A DNA stretch of 55,751 bases, counting the filler, from Sluysia triapertura (lineage: Eukaryota), in NCBI GenBank assembly GCA_046118255.1. It is 4 parts of 4 records of this genome, joined end to end, with 100 filler letters (N's around TTAATTAATTAA, not from the genome) between each part and the next. Parts side by side here need not be neighbours in the genome. Positions count along the whole stretch, not along the records: positions 1 to 15,965 come from JBJNIA010213920.1; 3 more parts are not named here. One strand, written 5' to 3'. This document shows, piece by piece, positions 1 to 12,234 of the stretch. Every line of letters starts with the position of its first letter. Position 1 is the first letter of the stretch. The translations under genes were made by a program, and so were the position numbers. The notes below the pieces were generated by a model, which was not told the DNA's origin, searched no databases, and saw only the letters and a list, made by a program, of their open reading frames with translations.

Positions 1-660
1 TTCATTATTTCACAACATCAGAATTACAATTACACCTTCAAAATAATTGAAAACATCTCAAATTCATAGTCTAACCAGATAGGAGTCACATCACTTTCAG
101 AATTAACAGTTTATAATTAAAAACTTTATAAAAACATTTTATTCACAACACATAACCATAGAAGCACAACATAAGCCTTAAAATAAACCTAAAACTCTAC
201 AGGTTCACAATTCTTTAATACTCATTTATTCTAAGAACTTCAAATATGTTAAGAACTAGCATTACTGTGCACAAAGATTATGTTCATTGTATTTTAGGTT
301 TATGTAGAATAAATTTTCAATAATAATGTCATTATTATTATTATCACAATTTTATTTATGTATTATTTTTATTAGCCATCTTTATTAATTTATTAGTTTT
401 GTAACTACCACTATTAATTCATATGTACAGTTTATTGTCACTATTGATAGTAGTTGTGTTTTCAACATATTCAAAATCTTAGTATTACTCAACCTGTCAT
501 CAGTCTACAGGCATTTAAAATTAATTAGTGTTGCTTTACTAACTGTCGACTAATGATAGTTCATTGCATTTATTATCTATTTATTTATTATTTATTTATT
601 TCGCTGACTGCCTAATCAAAATTATGAATATCGTTTGCTTTTTGTGTTTTGATTGGGCAG
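1..660 (+). mobile_element. Cassette A: leader and regulatory module (5' end outside window)
   Basis: G-poor 1-260. TATGTAGAATAAA at 301 (also 2491 in B). GTTGTGTTTTCA shared with B. GTCATCAGT 496-504. Inverted CCAAT-type pair 608-621/647-660. Confidence 0.6.
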
Positions 661-864
661 CCACTCATATATGCAGAAGATTCATCATGAAAAGTAAAAA
701 ATTATTTAGTAGATTATTGTTATTTAAAAAACAGTTTCTTATTTTCAATTTATCGATTTTACAAGAGTGATTTTAAAAGCTAAAAAATATATAGTAGATT
801 ATTGTTACTTTACGAAACAGTTACCTATTGTCAATTTTTGATTTTCCATTATTATTTACTTTAG

Positions 865-1713
865 CGATATTGAATGGAAATTAATAGTAAAGAAGACGTG
901 GAGCTTAGATTGACAGGATTAATAAATGTTAGAGATCCTTTTTCAAAAATAAGATTTCAATGTATGTCAAATAGTGAATCACACGGTACAATAACCCCAA
1001 GAATTAATGATAAAGAAAACTTTGAAATAACTACTCTACGATTTGATGTTGTAAAATAGATGCCGAAAGACGTGATTTAACTATTAATTCTTTACTTTTA
1101 GATGAAGATGGTTTTGTTTATGATTACTTTGGCGGCATTAAAGATTTAGAAAATAGTATCCGTTTTATTGGAAACAGTGTTAATGGAATTAAAGATTATT
1201 TAAGAATTTTACGATATTTTCAATTTTTTGGAAAAGTTTCGGAACAATCCGATTCACACGTTGAAGGAATTTTATCTGATATTAAACAAAATGTCGATGG
1301 CCTAAAAATGTTAGTGGTGAACTTATTTGAGCAGAATTGAGTAAAATTATTAAAGGTAGACATGCATGTGATATATTGAAGCGAATGTTTGAAAAAACGA
1401 TTTTATGAGTTTTATGAAAACTTGAAGAAAAATGATGCTCAAAGTTTGGTTTTTAGGATTAATTATTGATAATGAAAACGAATTAGAAGTTCAATAAAGT
1501 GATTCGAATGTGAAATTAAAAAATTTACAAGATGACTTCATTATCTGGAAAAATGAAAAACCAATTCAACTGAATCAATTCCAAATGTGCCAATTTGAAT
1601 TGTTGAAATTATTAGGAAGACCGGAAATAATCGAAGAAATTATAAATTGGAAACTTCCAAAATTTCCAGTCAGTGGCAGTATACTCATTGAAGAATGGTC
1701 TTTAAAAGAGAAC
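865..1713 (+). pseudogene. TRNT1: CCA-adding enzyme (tRNA nucleotidyltransferase) pseudogene, with frameshifts and internal deletions
   Basis: Colinear motifs across frames: ELRLTG, HGTITPRIND.ENFEITTLRFDVV, DAERRDLTINS, DYFGGIKDLENSIRFIG, DYLRILRYFQFFGK, WKLPKFPVSG. The segment between TTLRxD and DAERRD is deleted. The 3' end is cut by the TGTAGTGG terminus at 1714. Confidence 0.9.
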
Positions 1714-2680
1714 TGTAGTGGCCAACACTCATAATTTAAACTCATTCAAAATACCAAATTTAATATCCATAAATCAAATTTCTCTAAAGTTTAATTTTCA
1801 CAATAATCATACTTTTACTTTCGAATTACACCAACACAAACGTCATAAAATAACACTCGATATTTTCAACACTTCATCAACTCACATATATCAACAATTC
1901 AACTAACATTTCAACCATCCATAGCACAACAAACTTCGACATGTAATCTCGAATAATTCACAATATTCATTCATAAGATATTTCAATAAACAAATCACAA
2001 TCATAATATAAACTTCACAAATCATAAATATAATAGCATTATCAAACAACCCCAACAAATACTTCACAAACATATATCATTTCCATCTAAAACCTTAATC
2101 CGCAACACCGACCTAAACTCTTTTCATTTACTCATATGCATCATTCACAATTACTCGCAACAACATTATAATATATTAAAGTTTATTTTGCAATCATCAC
2201 TCAAAATTAAAATAACTTCAACCTTTCAATAAGCATTCTAAACCACTATATCTAATGCATAAATCTTGTTTTCAAATTATAAACCTTCAATAAGCTTCAA
2301 TAAATCATTCTAACACCCTTTATTTCATTTACAATCTAAACCACAACATCTTTCAAAAACAAGTTTAAGATAACTTTAAAAATTTCGTTATCATACTGTG
2401 AAGCAACAGCAACGGATGATGCATTATAAACTCAGTTGTTGTTGTTCCTTCACAGTACAACATTTGTCTTATTTCTTTTTATCTCATATATATGTAGAAT
2501 AAAATAATTTGACAGAAAGTTCATGTTTAAGCCTTTTTCAAAGAATTTATGTGTTAATTTTATTAATAACAATAATGATAGCGATGTTATTGTTGTTGTT
2601 ATTATTGTTATTATTATCATTTTTATTATTATTATTATCATTATTGCTATTAATTTTAAATCATTTTTATTAAATTAGTT

Positions 2681-2850
2681 ACCACCGTCATCAGTACTAC
2701 TTGTGCTGATTTAAAACTGTCATCAAAATGACACCACTGATGACGGTGGTTGTGTTTTCAGCAACATTGTACAATTTTTAATTTTAATTAATACAACACC
2801 CAATCAGAGCCATCACTGTTTATTTTATTAATTACAAAACTGATTGGGTG
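2681..2850 (+). promoter_or_regulatory. Twin inverted-repeat module: 15-bp perfect hairpin plus inverted CCAAT pair
   Basis: ACCACCGTCATCAGT 2681-2695 / ACTGATGACGGTGGT 2736-2750; CACCCAATCAG 2797-2807 / CTGATTGGGTG 2840-2850; about 140 nt upstream of ATG 2991. Confidence 0.65.
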
Positions 2851-2990
2851 GATTAAAATTAGTAACTACAAAAAATCTTATGCTATACTCAATTTTTAAA
2901 AAAACGTTATCAGTATCAATAGAGTAAAATTTTCCAGACAAAATATTGAGGATTCCATTTTATATTTTTTTCAAGACTGATGTGAGATCA

Positions 2991-3797
2991 ATGTTATATT
3001 TAACAAATATCTTAACTGGCAATGTATTTTATCCTAACAAATATACGATGATGATCGATTTAGAACAAAAGGATAAAGAGTTTCATTCATTATTATTAAT
3101 CATTCCACGATCAAACAGCTTTAAAGTCTATGATTTGGATTTATTAACGGAGTTATCTGAAGAATTAAACAATTTAATTTTATTTTTTAGTAACAACTAC
3201 AAGATAGATGATTTACATACGTTTGTGTTGCGACTAATTTTCAAGATTAATACGAATTGGTGGAATATGTTTAAATTAATATATGAAATTTTAAAATCCC
3301 TCATATCAAGAAAGTGGGCCCGCCTTCTAAATTCATCATGCTTTGATAATCACAATTATGGCAAATATGTTACGATTCCATTTTGTGTTAGTCATGAAAA
3401 TAGTCTTATAATTTTTAGAATACATGTTATTAATCGTTTTTTAGTTTTAGAATATCATCAAGAATTAAATGTTTTTAGTTTAATGCGACATGGTCAATAT
3501 TTAGACATAACACTAAAATTAAGTTTGATTGATCCGACAACAAAACAAATGTCATACCGATATGAATTAGTGAAACTACGAATGAGAACCGTCCGAATCA
3601 CAGTTTTAACACCAGAGAATAGACTATCAAAAAATCATATCTTAATTTTTTATACAACGATGAATATGCCGACAAGTCTTAGTAAATTAGTTGAAATTAA
3701 ACATAAAGACCTCTACGTTAAAGTGTTCAATCAGAATATAGAGAGACGTTTATTTAAACTATTTTTTGTGACCGGTACTACCGAATACTCAACTTAG
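2991..3797 (+). CDS. Orphan ORF of cassette B (about 268 aa from ATG 2991); further decayed coding-like sequence continues to ~6660
   Basis: Long open frame in very AT-rich DNA where chance ORFs are short. Intron-like acceptors follow at ~3851 and ~6235. No domain recognised. Confidence 0.5.
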   Translation: MLYLTNILTGNVFYPNKYTMMIDLEQKDKEFHSLLLIIPRSNSFKVYDLDLLTELSEELNNLILFFSNNYKIDDLHTFVLRLIFKINTNWWNMFKLIYEILKSLISRKWARLLNSSCFDNHNYGKYVTIPFCVSHENSLIIFRIHVINRFLVLEYHQELNVFSLMRHGQYLDITLKLSLIDPTTKQMSYRYELVKLRMRTVRITVLTPENRLSKNHILIFYTTMNMPTSLSKLVEIKHKDLYVKVFNQNIERRLFKLFFVTGTTEYST

Positions 3798-6700
3798 TTA
3801 GAGTTAGTAACATTTTAATTGAAATAATTTGTTTATTTGATTATTTTGTAGATAACCAAAGCTTCGATTGGATCATGAAATGGTGGAGAGCCAAATATAA
3901 GTCTCAATATAATGACAATTTATCTTTTTCGAAATTACGTTAACTTTTTATTAATTAATAAAACCTTAATTTTTATTAAGACACCATTTATGTTAAAAGA
4001 AATAATGAGGTAGTAAAAAGCGATTTTAAACATAAGTTTACAATATACTATTATTTAAAAATTTTCGGAAATTATTATAAAAGTTATAAAAAAATTGAAG
4101 ACTGTGAATGTGAAGATATTTTCTTATATTATGTTAAGCTTTAGAATAAAAAATTTTCAGACAAATTCTGCATACTTGTTCATAATCTTTGAAATATCCT
4201 CTGGTATAAAACTCTTCAAAAAATTTAATAATGCACCCTCAAATTCGGCTTATATTTTAAAATTAACTACTCATTTTACAAATTCGATTTTAAAACTCAT
4301 CATAAAACATCGTTCTTCACAAACAAAAATCATAACGCTCAAAAAATGTTATCTTTCTAAACATCACTCGGCTCAATCCAAACTTATAACCACTATAAAG
4401 ATTACGATGATTTATAAGATTTAAACCAGTACTTTCATCTCTAACAAATAGAATTTTCGAACACCTTCTCTTAGATGAATTTTCAAAAAGATATTAAGAT
4501 AGAAAGAATAATCTTTAGGAAACTGACAGAAAATAAACAAGTTAGATAAAACGTTATTTGATTAGATTTTTACAGTTTAGTGAACGAGAAGCTCAGAGTA
4601 ATTTATGAAGTTAGAGCTTGCAATAATAACAAAGTTTGTTGAAAATTTCATAACGAATACATTTCAAGAATCAAGGTCTAAAACCGACTAGGAATTACAC
4701 GTGAGATTAAATCAAACATAACCTACCACTAAAGTTTTTTATTTTACAAAAACGCAAGTTGAAAAACTTATCAAGAAAAAAATTTGAAGGTTCCCAATTT
4801 TAATATTACGAACAAAAAATAAATATCAAGACGAATTGAAGTCGAAAATTGACTAGAATTAAGACATGAGACTAAGTAAAACATAACATAACATTTTTTA
4901 ATAATCGTATTTCACTGGTATTTTACAGATTGTACCTTTTTATTTACTACTTTTATTTCCATTTTGTTTTTATTAAAAAGAATGACTGAATTTTGTATTT
5001 CATTGTCACACATTCATTATGTGTCTCTTTTTTATGCAAATTGAATTTATTTATTTACTTGTTTATTATTCATTTGTATTTACTATTTATTGTTATAGTT
5101 ATTAGTATTATTGTAATTATAATATATAATAAAGTAATAAAAATATAATGAACAAGTTATGGTTTTTCGTTTAAAAACGTATCCATTTGTTGATAGCATT
5201 AAAACTTAATTCAGTATTGCTTATAATTCAATGAATAATAATTAAACATTAATATTAATTAATGATCACTTGTCGGACATAAGGTTTAATTATGATTGAA
5301 TAAAACCCAATAGTAACTCTAATAACGAAATAACGGATATTGAAATTAATAGCAATTTACCATTATATTATTTTGATAATATTTCAATAGTAAATGAATT
5401 TCAAATCATTGATCCAATTCAAGTAAATACTAAAAACAATCAACATCATTTATTATTTTACCTTTATCATAATCACCAAAATCATTAACAGAAGATGAGC
5501 TTTTGCATTATAAAAAAACTTAATAATTTTTACACTTATGAATTAATAAATTCTTTTGAATCAGATATTTTATTTACTAAATATTTATAAAATTGCAAAA
5601 AGTCGTTTTACAGATTGAAATTAAGAACTTTTTGACTATTTTTCCCAGGAAATAATATTAATGAAATAGCTAGATGTTAGTAAAAAGACCAAACATGGAA
5701 TGAAATATTTCAAAGTTTTATTAATGTTCTAAGAAGATTAGAATCAACAGGATCTGAATATAAATCAGTTGTATTAATTTTTGTTAAATTATACATCAAA
5801 CCATTAATTAAATGATATTATCAAAGGCCAAACAACAAAACAATGACAAAGAATCGTTCCAGAACATAGTTAGATTTGCTGTTTTTAATATAACATTAAA
5901 AACAAATATTGTCAACTATGCTATTTGAATTCTCTTTACGGAGGGCTTACGTTTAAGAACTGTTACCCCTAAACGATGAAAGGTTAGATAAAGTGGTGTG
6001 TATAGTTCATGATTCGACAACCAAACTAAGCTATACTTAGGATCATTCGTTAATACTTATTTAAGTAGAAAATCAAAAAATATAGAACCCTATATATTAT
6101 ACAATGAAAACAAAAAACGAGTGCAGACGTTAATGTACATAAACGTGCTTGATAACTGTTTTATAATGCACAAAAGAATATAAAATAATAAATAAATTAA
6201 AATTAAGGTTGCAATTAATTGATTATTTATTTTAGAAAGATTTTGAGCCTGGAGTTATTCTAGGCTTTTAAATATTAAACATTTTACGTCAATATTGACC
6301 CCGATATTAGAGTAGGAAATTTCCTATTACATATGAACTTATGATTTCATGGAAGACTCACTTATCAGATAAAAATTAATGTTGACGAATGTCCGAAAAA
6401 TAATGTATTCAAATTATCTTGCTGTAATCACTGGATATGATTACCAAAAATAATCACCGAGTATGACACTAATACCAATTATCGAATTGAATACAATTAA
6501 TAGGCAAATAATCGACGAGCAAACTATTTTCTCGTGCGAAACTCTTGCTGAATTGTCTTGTGTCTCCCGTGTAAGCTGTTATAGAAATTAACTTTAATAT
6601 TATCAATATTTCTCCAAAAGTAAAATGTTATTTTTTCTAAAGACGCCTCTAATTTAATAACTTNNNNNNNNNNNNNNNNNNNNNNNNNNNNNNNNNNNNN

Positions 6701-7209
6701 NNNNNNNNNNNNNNNNNNNNNNNNNNNNNNNNNNNNNNNNNNNNNNNNNNNNNNNNNNNNNNNNNNNNNNNNNNNNNNNNNNNNNNNNNNNNNNNNNNNN
6801 NNNNNNNNNNNNNNNNNNNNNNNNNNNNNNNNNNNNNNNNNNNNNNNNNNNNNNNNNNNNNNNNNNNNNNNNNNNNNNNNNNNNNNCTATCTTTGAAAAA
6901 TAATCAATATTTACAAATTTATTTACTATTATTTATATTATAACATTCACATTAATGTTGCTTGTTCTTTGTTTGGTATTGGGTCAGTTAAATGGTTTTG
7001 CTAGGCCATAAGCCGGCTTTAAATTAAACAATAATATTGTTTAATTAAAAAAATAAATAGTAAGACAACAAAATTAAAAATAAGAAATAACTGGAGAGGC
7101 CCTAATTCCCATACACCTTTATGTATTATGTTCAATCTCTCAAATCGTGTTAAATTATTTTTTATTTTATGAAAATGAACATTCCAAAAGACATTTACTT
7201 TAATATCCA

Positions 7210-7660
7210 TTTAACAATTATACGAAATTGCGGACTTCATGAAAAATTTAAATCTGATTAAGTTTTAAATAAAAATTTATTAATCATAATAATCAACATC
7301 ACAATCCGCACATTTACCCAACATTTCAATAGTTTATTTATTCCAATTTAAAAAAGTGACATCTTTCGACACTTTTCAATATCACTTTGATTCGTACCAT
7401 TTATCTATCAGATCACTGTAACATGTGAAAAAGTGATACTCTACAAGAAATAGATCACGTGAATGTGATGAATGAAGTAGAATTGTGTCCTATTTTAATA
7501 AACTGTTTAACGGTCATTTTTGTAATAAGATGCTGACTCAGAGTGATTACTCCTGGTTGTTTTTGATCAATTTTAATTTCACTAATAAAATTTTCAGCTC
7601 TAATGGCTTCATCATGAAACTGTAATGAATTATTCCATTTATAGCCTACAAAAAATTTGG
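7210..7660 (-). mobile_element. Decayed mariner-type transposase fragment
   Basis: Minus-strand translation KQPGVI..HLITKMTVKQFIKIG, ILLHSSHSRDLFLVEYHFF and GINKLLKCW.KCADCDVDYYD* resembles mariner PHPPYSPDLAPSDYHLF and GIHKLPERWQKCI..GDYFD. Confidence 0.6.
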
Positions 7661-7984
7661 CACATATTCATCTAAGTGCTTTCGTCAAGAAGTCGATGTT
7701 ATAAGAAATGCTATATTGAGTAATTTTCATAAAATTCTGTTATAGTTATATTTGGTACCGTGAAAATGTTAGTTAAATTATTAGTTAAATATTAGTAAGC
7801 CCAGAATGTATTATTCTGAATATATTATATGCACATTTAATAATTCCATCTTAATTTTGTACAAAGTTGTGTTAATTTTTTTTATTATATTGTAGCTACT
7901 GTAACACTGAAATTTCAAAATGTGGATGTGCATCTACTTGTACAATAATCGAAAATTATTACTTAAATTTTAAAATTTAAATAT

Positions 7985-8637
7985 TAGAATCACAAAACCA
8001 TTAAATTTCGTAGCGAAAGATATAAATTAACCAAGTAATAATCGTGAAAAATCAAAAACCTGGATTGAAAAATAATCCAAAATATTGCAGTATTTCGCGC
8101 AATAGTTTCAGAATTTGAGTTCAATGATAAACAATTTCCTTGAGCAGTCCACAATACTAAATATTAAATATTTCGTAATTATTAATAATTTCATCACTTG
8201 AAGCTGCAATTCCCAATAAACAAGAACTACAATATAAAAGAATAGTTATTGGCTTAATAAATGACAACATGTATAAACTGAATTAAATTCATTACAATCA
8301 TTAAAATAATTATTTTACCCATAAATAACTGCAGAAATAAACATTGCAAATTTTGCAGTTAACCAAATCACAAAAATTGGAGCAATCCAATTTGAAAATG
8401 CAAAAGAAATGTAGATAATTGATAAACTCAAGTAACCATCACCGGTAAATGTATAATTTGAAGTTATTTTTTCAGAATTTAAAACTGAAGACTAATATAT
8501 GAAGCGTTTAGTTTAAATTTATAGAAAAATATTACCACAAACATAGATGAAGTTTGAAACGAACCAAAAATAAACAAAAACCCAACTCCGAGAATAATAA
8601 CATTTATCAACTCTAAATTTCGCTGATAGAATGACAT
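7985..8637 (-). CDS. MFSD11: UNC93-like MFS transporter (MFSD11-like), 5' exons with short introns; possibly truncated
   Basis: ATG 8637. NVIILGVGFLFIFGSFQT | GDGYLSLSIIYISFAFSNWIAP | LLYCSSCLLGIAA | LWTAQGNCLSLNS..TIARNTAIFWIIFQS. GT-AG introns, e.g. 8535-8485. Apparent +1 frameshift at LLG-NLY near 8025. Confidence 0.85.
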
Positions 8638-9072
8638 GATAAAATCAATACATATAATATAAATATATTTTAATAGCAATTAAAGAATTAATATAATATT
8701 ATAATTTTATTAGGGATATCATTTTTCTAATAACATTTTTTGTCAACAGTATTTATAAGTGGAATATACTATTAATTTTATTTAAATAATATCTATATAT
8801 AAAAATATTTTTATTTTGATACTATTTAAATAATTTGGAAGACTATCTAAAATATATTCAAACATTAAAACAATTTAACTGGTTTAAATAATTTTACAAT
8901 GAATGTGTGCAATAAATTTATAGTTTGCTAGTGTTTTTCATTTAAATTCATTTTACTATTTCATTTCTTATAAATTAACTAAATTAATAGTACAAGCATT
9001 TATAAGAGGAAGTGATCATTTTGTAATTATATTAGTAACGGCTTGTATTCAATTTAAATATTATTATTGAAT

Positions 9073-9762
9073 ATGGATGACAATTTTCATGCTATTTCAA
9101 TTGAATCCTTATTTCATGACAAAGATCCATTATCACACAGTAGTAGAACAACTTTAGAAAGTAAACTTTGACTTTTTAATTATGCAATTATTAATCAAGA
9201 TTTATCACAGCATGGATCATTGCAAACCATTAATAACATATTAGATGAGGAATATTTAGATAAAATTCAATTAGAAATATGTCATAGATTTGAAATGAGA
9301 AAACGATCTTTCGCTGTTATTAATATATTATCATTAACCAATAATAATCAGCGTATATTTAATGCGAGAGGGTATTTTATATAAACGACGAAAATATAAT
9401 TTTATTTATAGATATATTAGATTGATGCTTTATCCAATTAAAGACGAAAAAGAAAAGGTAAATCGAACTATTATTTTTAAAAATAGTCAAAATATTGAAA
9501 TCAATGAATCATTTAGAGTAATTTTATATAGGAATTTAATTTATTGTATTGTTTTAAGTTCTATCTCGAATCAGACGAATGCGATTTTCGAACCGTATTA
9601 ATACAATTAATGGCATTAACAAAGGGTTCGAATAAAGTCATTATTGGTGAATATCATTTACGAATTAATAGAGAAACATATGCAATTAATTATGAAGTTA
9701 TTAAATTTGAATTGAAAAAGGTTATTCTTATTCATGAAAGTTTTAAATTATCAATTCATTAA
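9073..9762 (+). CDS. Probable C2-domain (synaptotagmin-like) protein, multi-exon
   Basis: ATG 9073; 39-nt intron 9161-9199. YIRLMLYP, then INESF / FKFYLESDECDFRTVLIQLM..KVIIGEYHLRI fits the C2 beta-strand pattern. Exon boundaries only partly resolved. Confidence 0.55.
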
Positions 9763-11535
9763 TGTGTTAAAAATAGTTTAAATATAATCTGAAATTATAA
9801 TCCAAAATATTTTTACACAATATATCCAATTTCATTATTGTTATGTTGTGGTTATACTCATACCTTATTAACAAGAGTAATGTGACTTTTCTATGCGATT
9901 TTTTATAGGATAATATTGTAATTGATTTAATAAAATGTCAAATTATTAAACGAAATAAATCACTAATTTTAATATTTTTGTCACCAACATATACAGGTGA
10001 TGGATTTGTTAATCTGCTATCATAAATAAATTAAATTAAATTACTGAGTTCAGCTGTGATCCATGCCTTACACACTCAAGGGTTTGTCTACAGGATTTAA
10101 GCAAAAAAATTTTAACGAAATGTTATGGAAACCAATTTGTAAGGTGAATGTATATGCTAAAATTTGATGCTAGTTCAAGAATGATTTAAATTATTGTGAG
10201 AATTTGTAATATAAGAAAACTTTTGGCTTGTTTATTTATGTATTATTTATGAGTCCTCTATGACATCGGGCTTACACACAAAGGGCTTATGTGTATCAGC
10301 CTTAATAGTAAATTGGAAAGAACTGAATGTTAAAGAAAATGCCATTGCACAGCTAAGTTTAGCGAGATTAATTTTTGAAAATATAAATTCGATCTAAAAA
10401 GATTTTTGATTAACAAATTTTATATTTAGTATAAATGATTACGAATTTATTATTGACGTGAAACTTTTAACAAATTTTGAAATTACCTAATTTGATTACT
10501 ATTCAATAAGAAAGTTAGTGTAGATCTAAAGATAATCTAAATGTTAATAATTTTCGACAAACTTATGCAATTAAATGTAGTTATTAAATATTATAAATGC
10601 AATATTAAAATTTAAATCTGTTCATATATTTACGATCATAAAATTTTCAAAATTAGATAATACAATGCTAAAAAATGTCACAATTTAAAAAATTAATTAT
10701 ATCAAATAAAAATTAAATATAGTTACTGCTTATTATATAATTGATAATAATTTACATTTATAGACAATATAAAAAAGAGAATATGTAAAGACAAAATGTA
10801 ATTGTTAATAAAATACTTAATAGCCATAATTTATTCATCAATATTATTTCTTAAATAATATTATCTGGAAGAACTTTTCTAATTTAATTTAATTCTCTAA
10901 TAAGCTTTACAAAAATTTAATTAAGAGTTTAGAGTGGTGTTTATATTTTACTTAAATTTACTTAAATAAAACTTATATAGACTAACGATTAAATACAAAG
11001 TTCTTGTTTTTCAAAATATAATTATTTCAAGTATTGAATATCAGCAAGTGATTCGAAATAGTAATTGATTAAAATCATTTCGTAAAACAAATAATTCACA
11101 ACAGTAATGTAACTGATCGAAATTGAATATTAATTTGTAAAAATGATGATCAATAATTAAACTTTTCACTTTAAATGACGCTACACTTTTGATTCAAAAT
11201 TTAAACTTTTAAAAGTTTAACTAATAATGTCTCAAAAATTAATACTTCAATGATTATTTCTACAAATAGTCATTACGCTATTTATATAGACAAATTCATA
11301 GTAAGGTCACTCGCTTGTGAGAAGTGAATCATAAAGTTTAATTGTACTTTTCTATTTGTAATATTTTTGCATAATTAAATTATTTATATTTTTACAAAAT
11401 TAAAATATAAATTAAACTATAAGATTACGTTAAGAAGAAGTACGTTTTTTGTGAATAACTTTTGAATGCGGAATGTTATGTTAAATTTGAAACTGTGTAT
11501 ATATTTGTTTTAAGAAGACCTTTCGATGAAGGTAT

Positions 11536-11654
11536 TGTTAGACTTCATAAATGGATCGAACCCGGACCTCTAGCTGCGCAGTTCGATGCTCTAACAATTT
11601 TATTTTATTATGGTCAATTTTACCAAATGGCACTTTAGGCCTTTTATCCCAACA
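11536..11654 (-). mobile_element. tRNA-containing TGTT...AACA element, copy 1 (internally deleted), GTAT target duplication
   Basis: GTAT at 11532-11535 and 11655-11658; B box GGGTTCGATCC; aligns along its length with 45819-45974. Confidence 0.8.
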
Positions 11655-12234
11655 GTATGGTTTGACCGAATTCATGCAAGAAAAGACTTAATATTGAGCA
11701 AAGTCAAATTTTAATTAATTTTTAATTATGGAATGTTGGGCGTGAAAAATCGAAAATTAATTAAATTCTAAAATGTAAAATTAAATTCATTATTTTTATT
11801 TATGTTAACAATATTGTTGATTGTTATTTTAATGTGAGAAGTAATTTAAGTAAAAATAGATTGAGTAGATAAAAGAAAATGACAGTTGATAATAAAACAA
11901 ATTTCTATGTTTTGTACCTAATAAAGTTTGACAGATCGTATCATGTAATTGTCAAAGTTGTTATTGTCTGTTTGATTTTCAAAGAGGTTTGGATGATATG
12001 TGTGAGAGAGTGTTTGGTTGTGAGATTTGGGATTGATTGGATGATGAAAGCGTATAAAATAAAAACTTTAAAAATTTTACAACACAGTAATAATAATCAC
12101 ACATTCTCACAATCCCACCGGCATTGAAGGTCCATGTATATGGTAATATTTTTATTGATTAATACTTTAATTATTTTATTATTTTAAATAAAATAAAATT
12201 AATAAGTTGTTTTTGGGAAGTATCTCAAGAATAG

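Larger units (their letters stand above)
1714..6663 (+). mobile_element. Cassette B: TGTAGTGGCCAAC terminus, G-poor leader, hairpin module, orphan cargo; 3' end not located (sized gap follows)
   Basis: Abrupt junction into TRNT1 coding sequence. The 13-bp terminus is identical to the reverse complement of 51482-51494. Leader runs ~1720-2390. Confidence 0.65.

Noticed and set aside
1-2400. G-poor tracts as mitochondrial insertions or as two LTRs of one element
   Set aside because: No mitochondrial gene motifs; the A and B leaders share only short motifs, not LTR-level identity.
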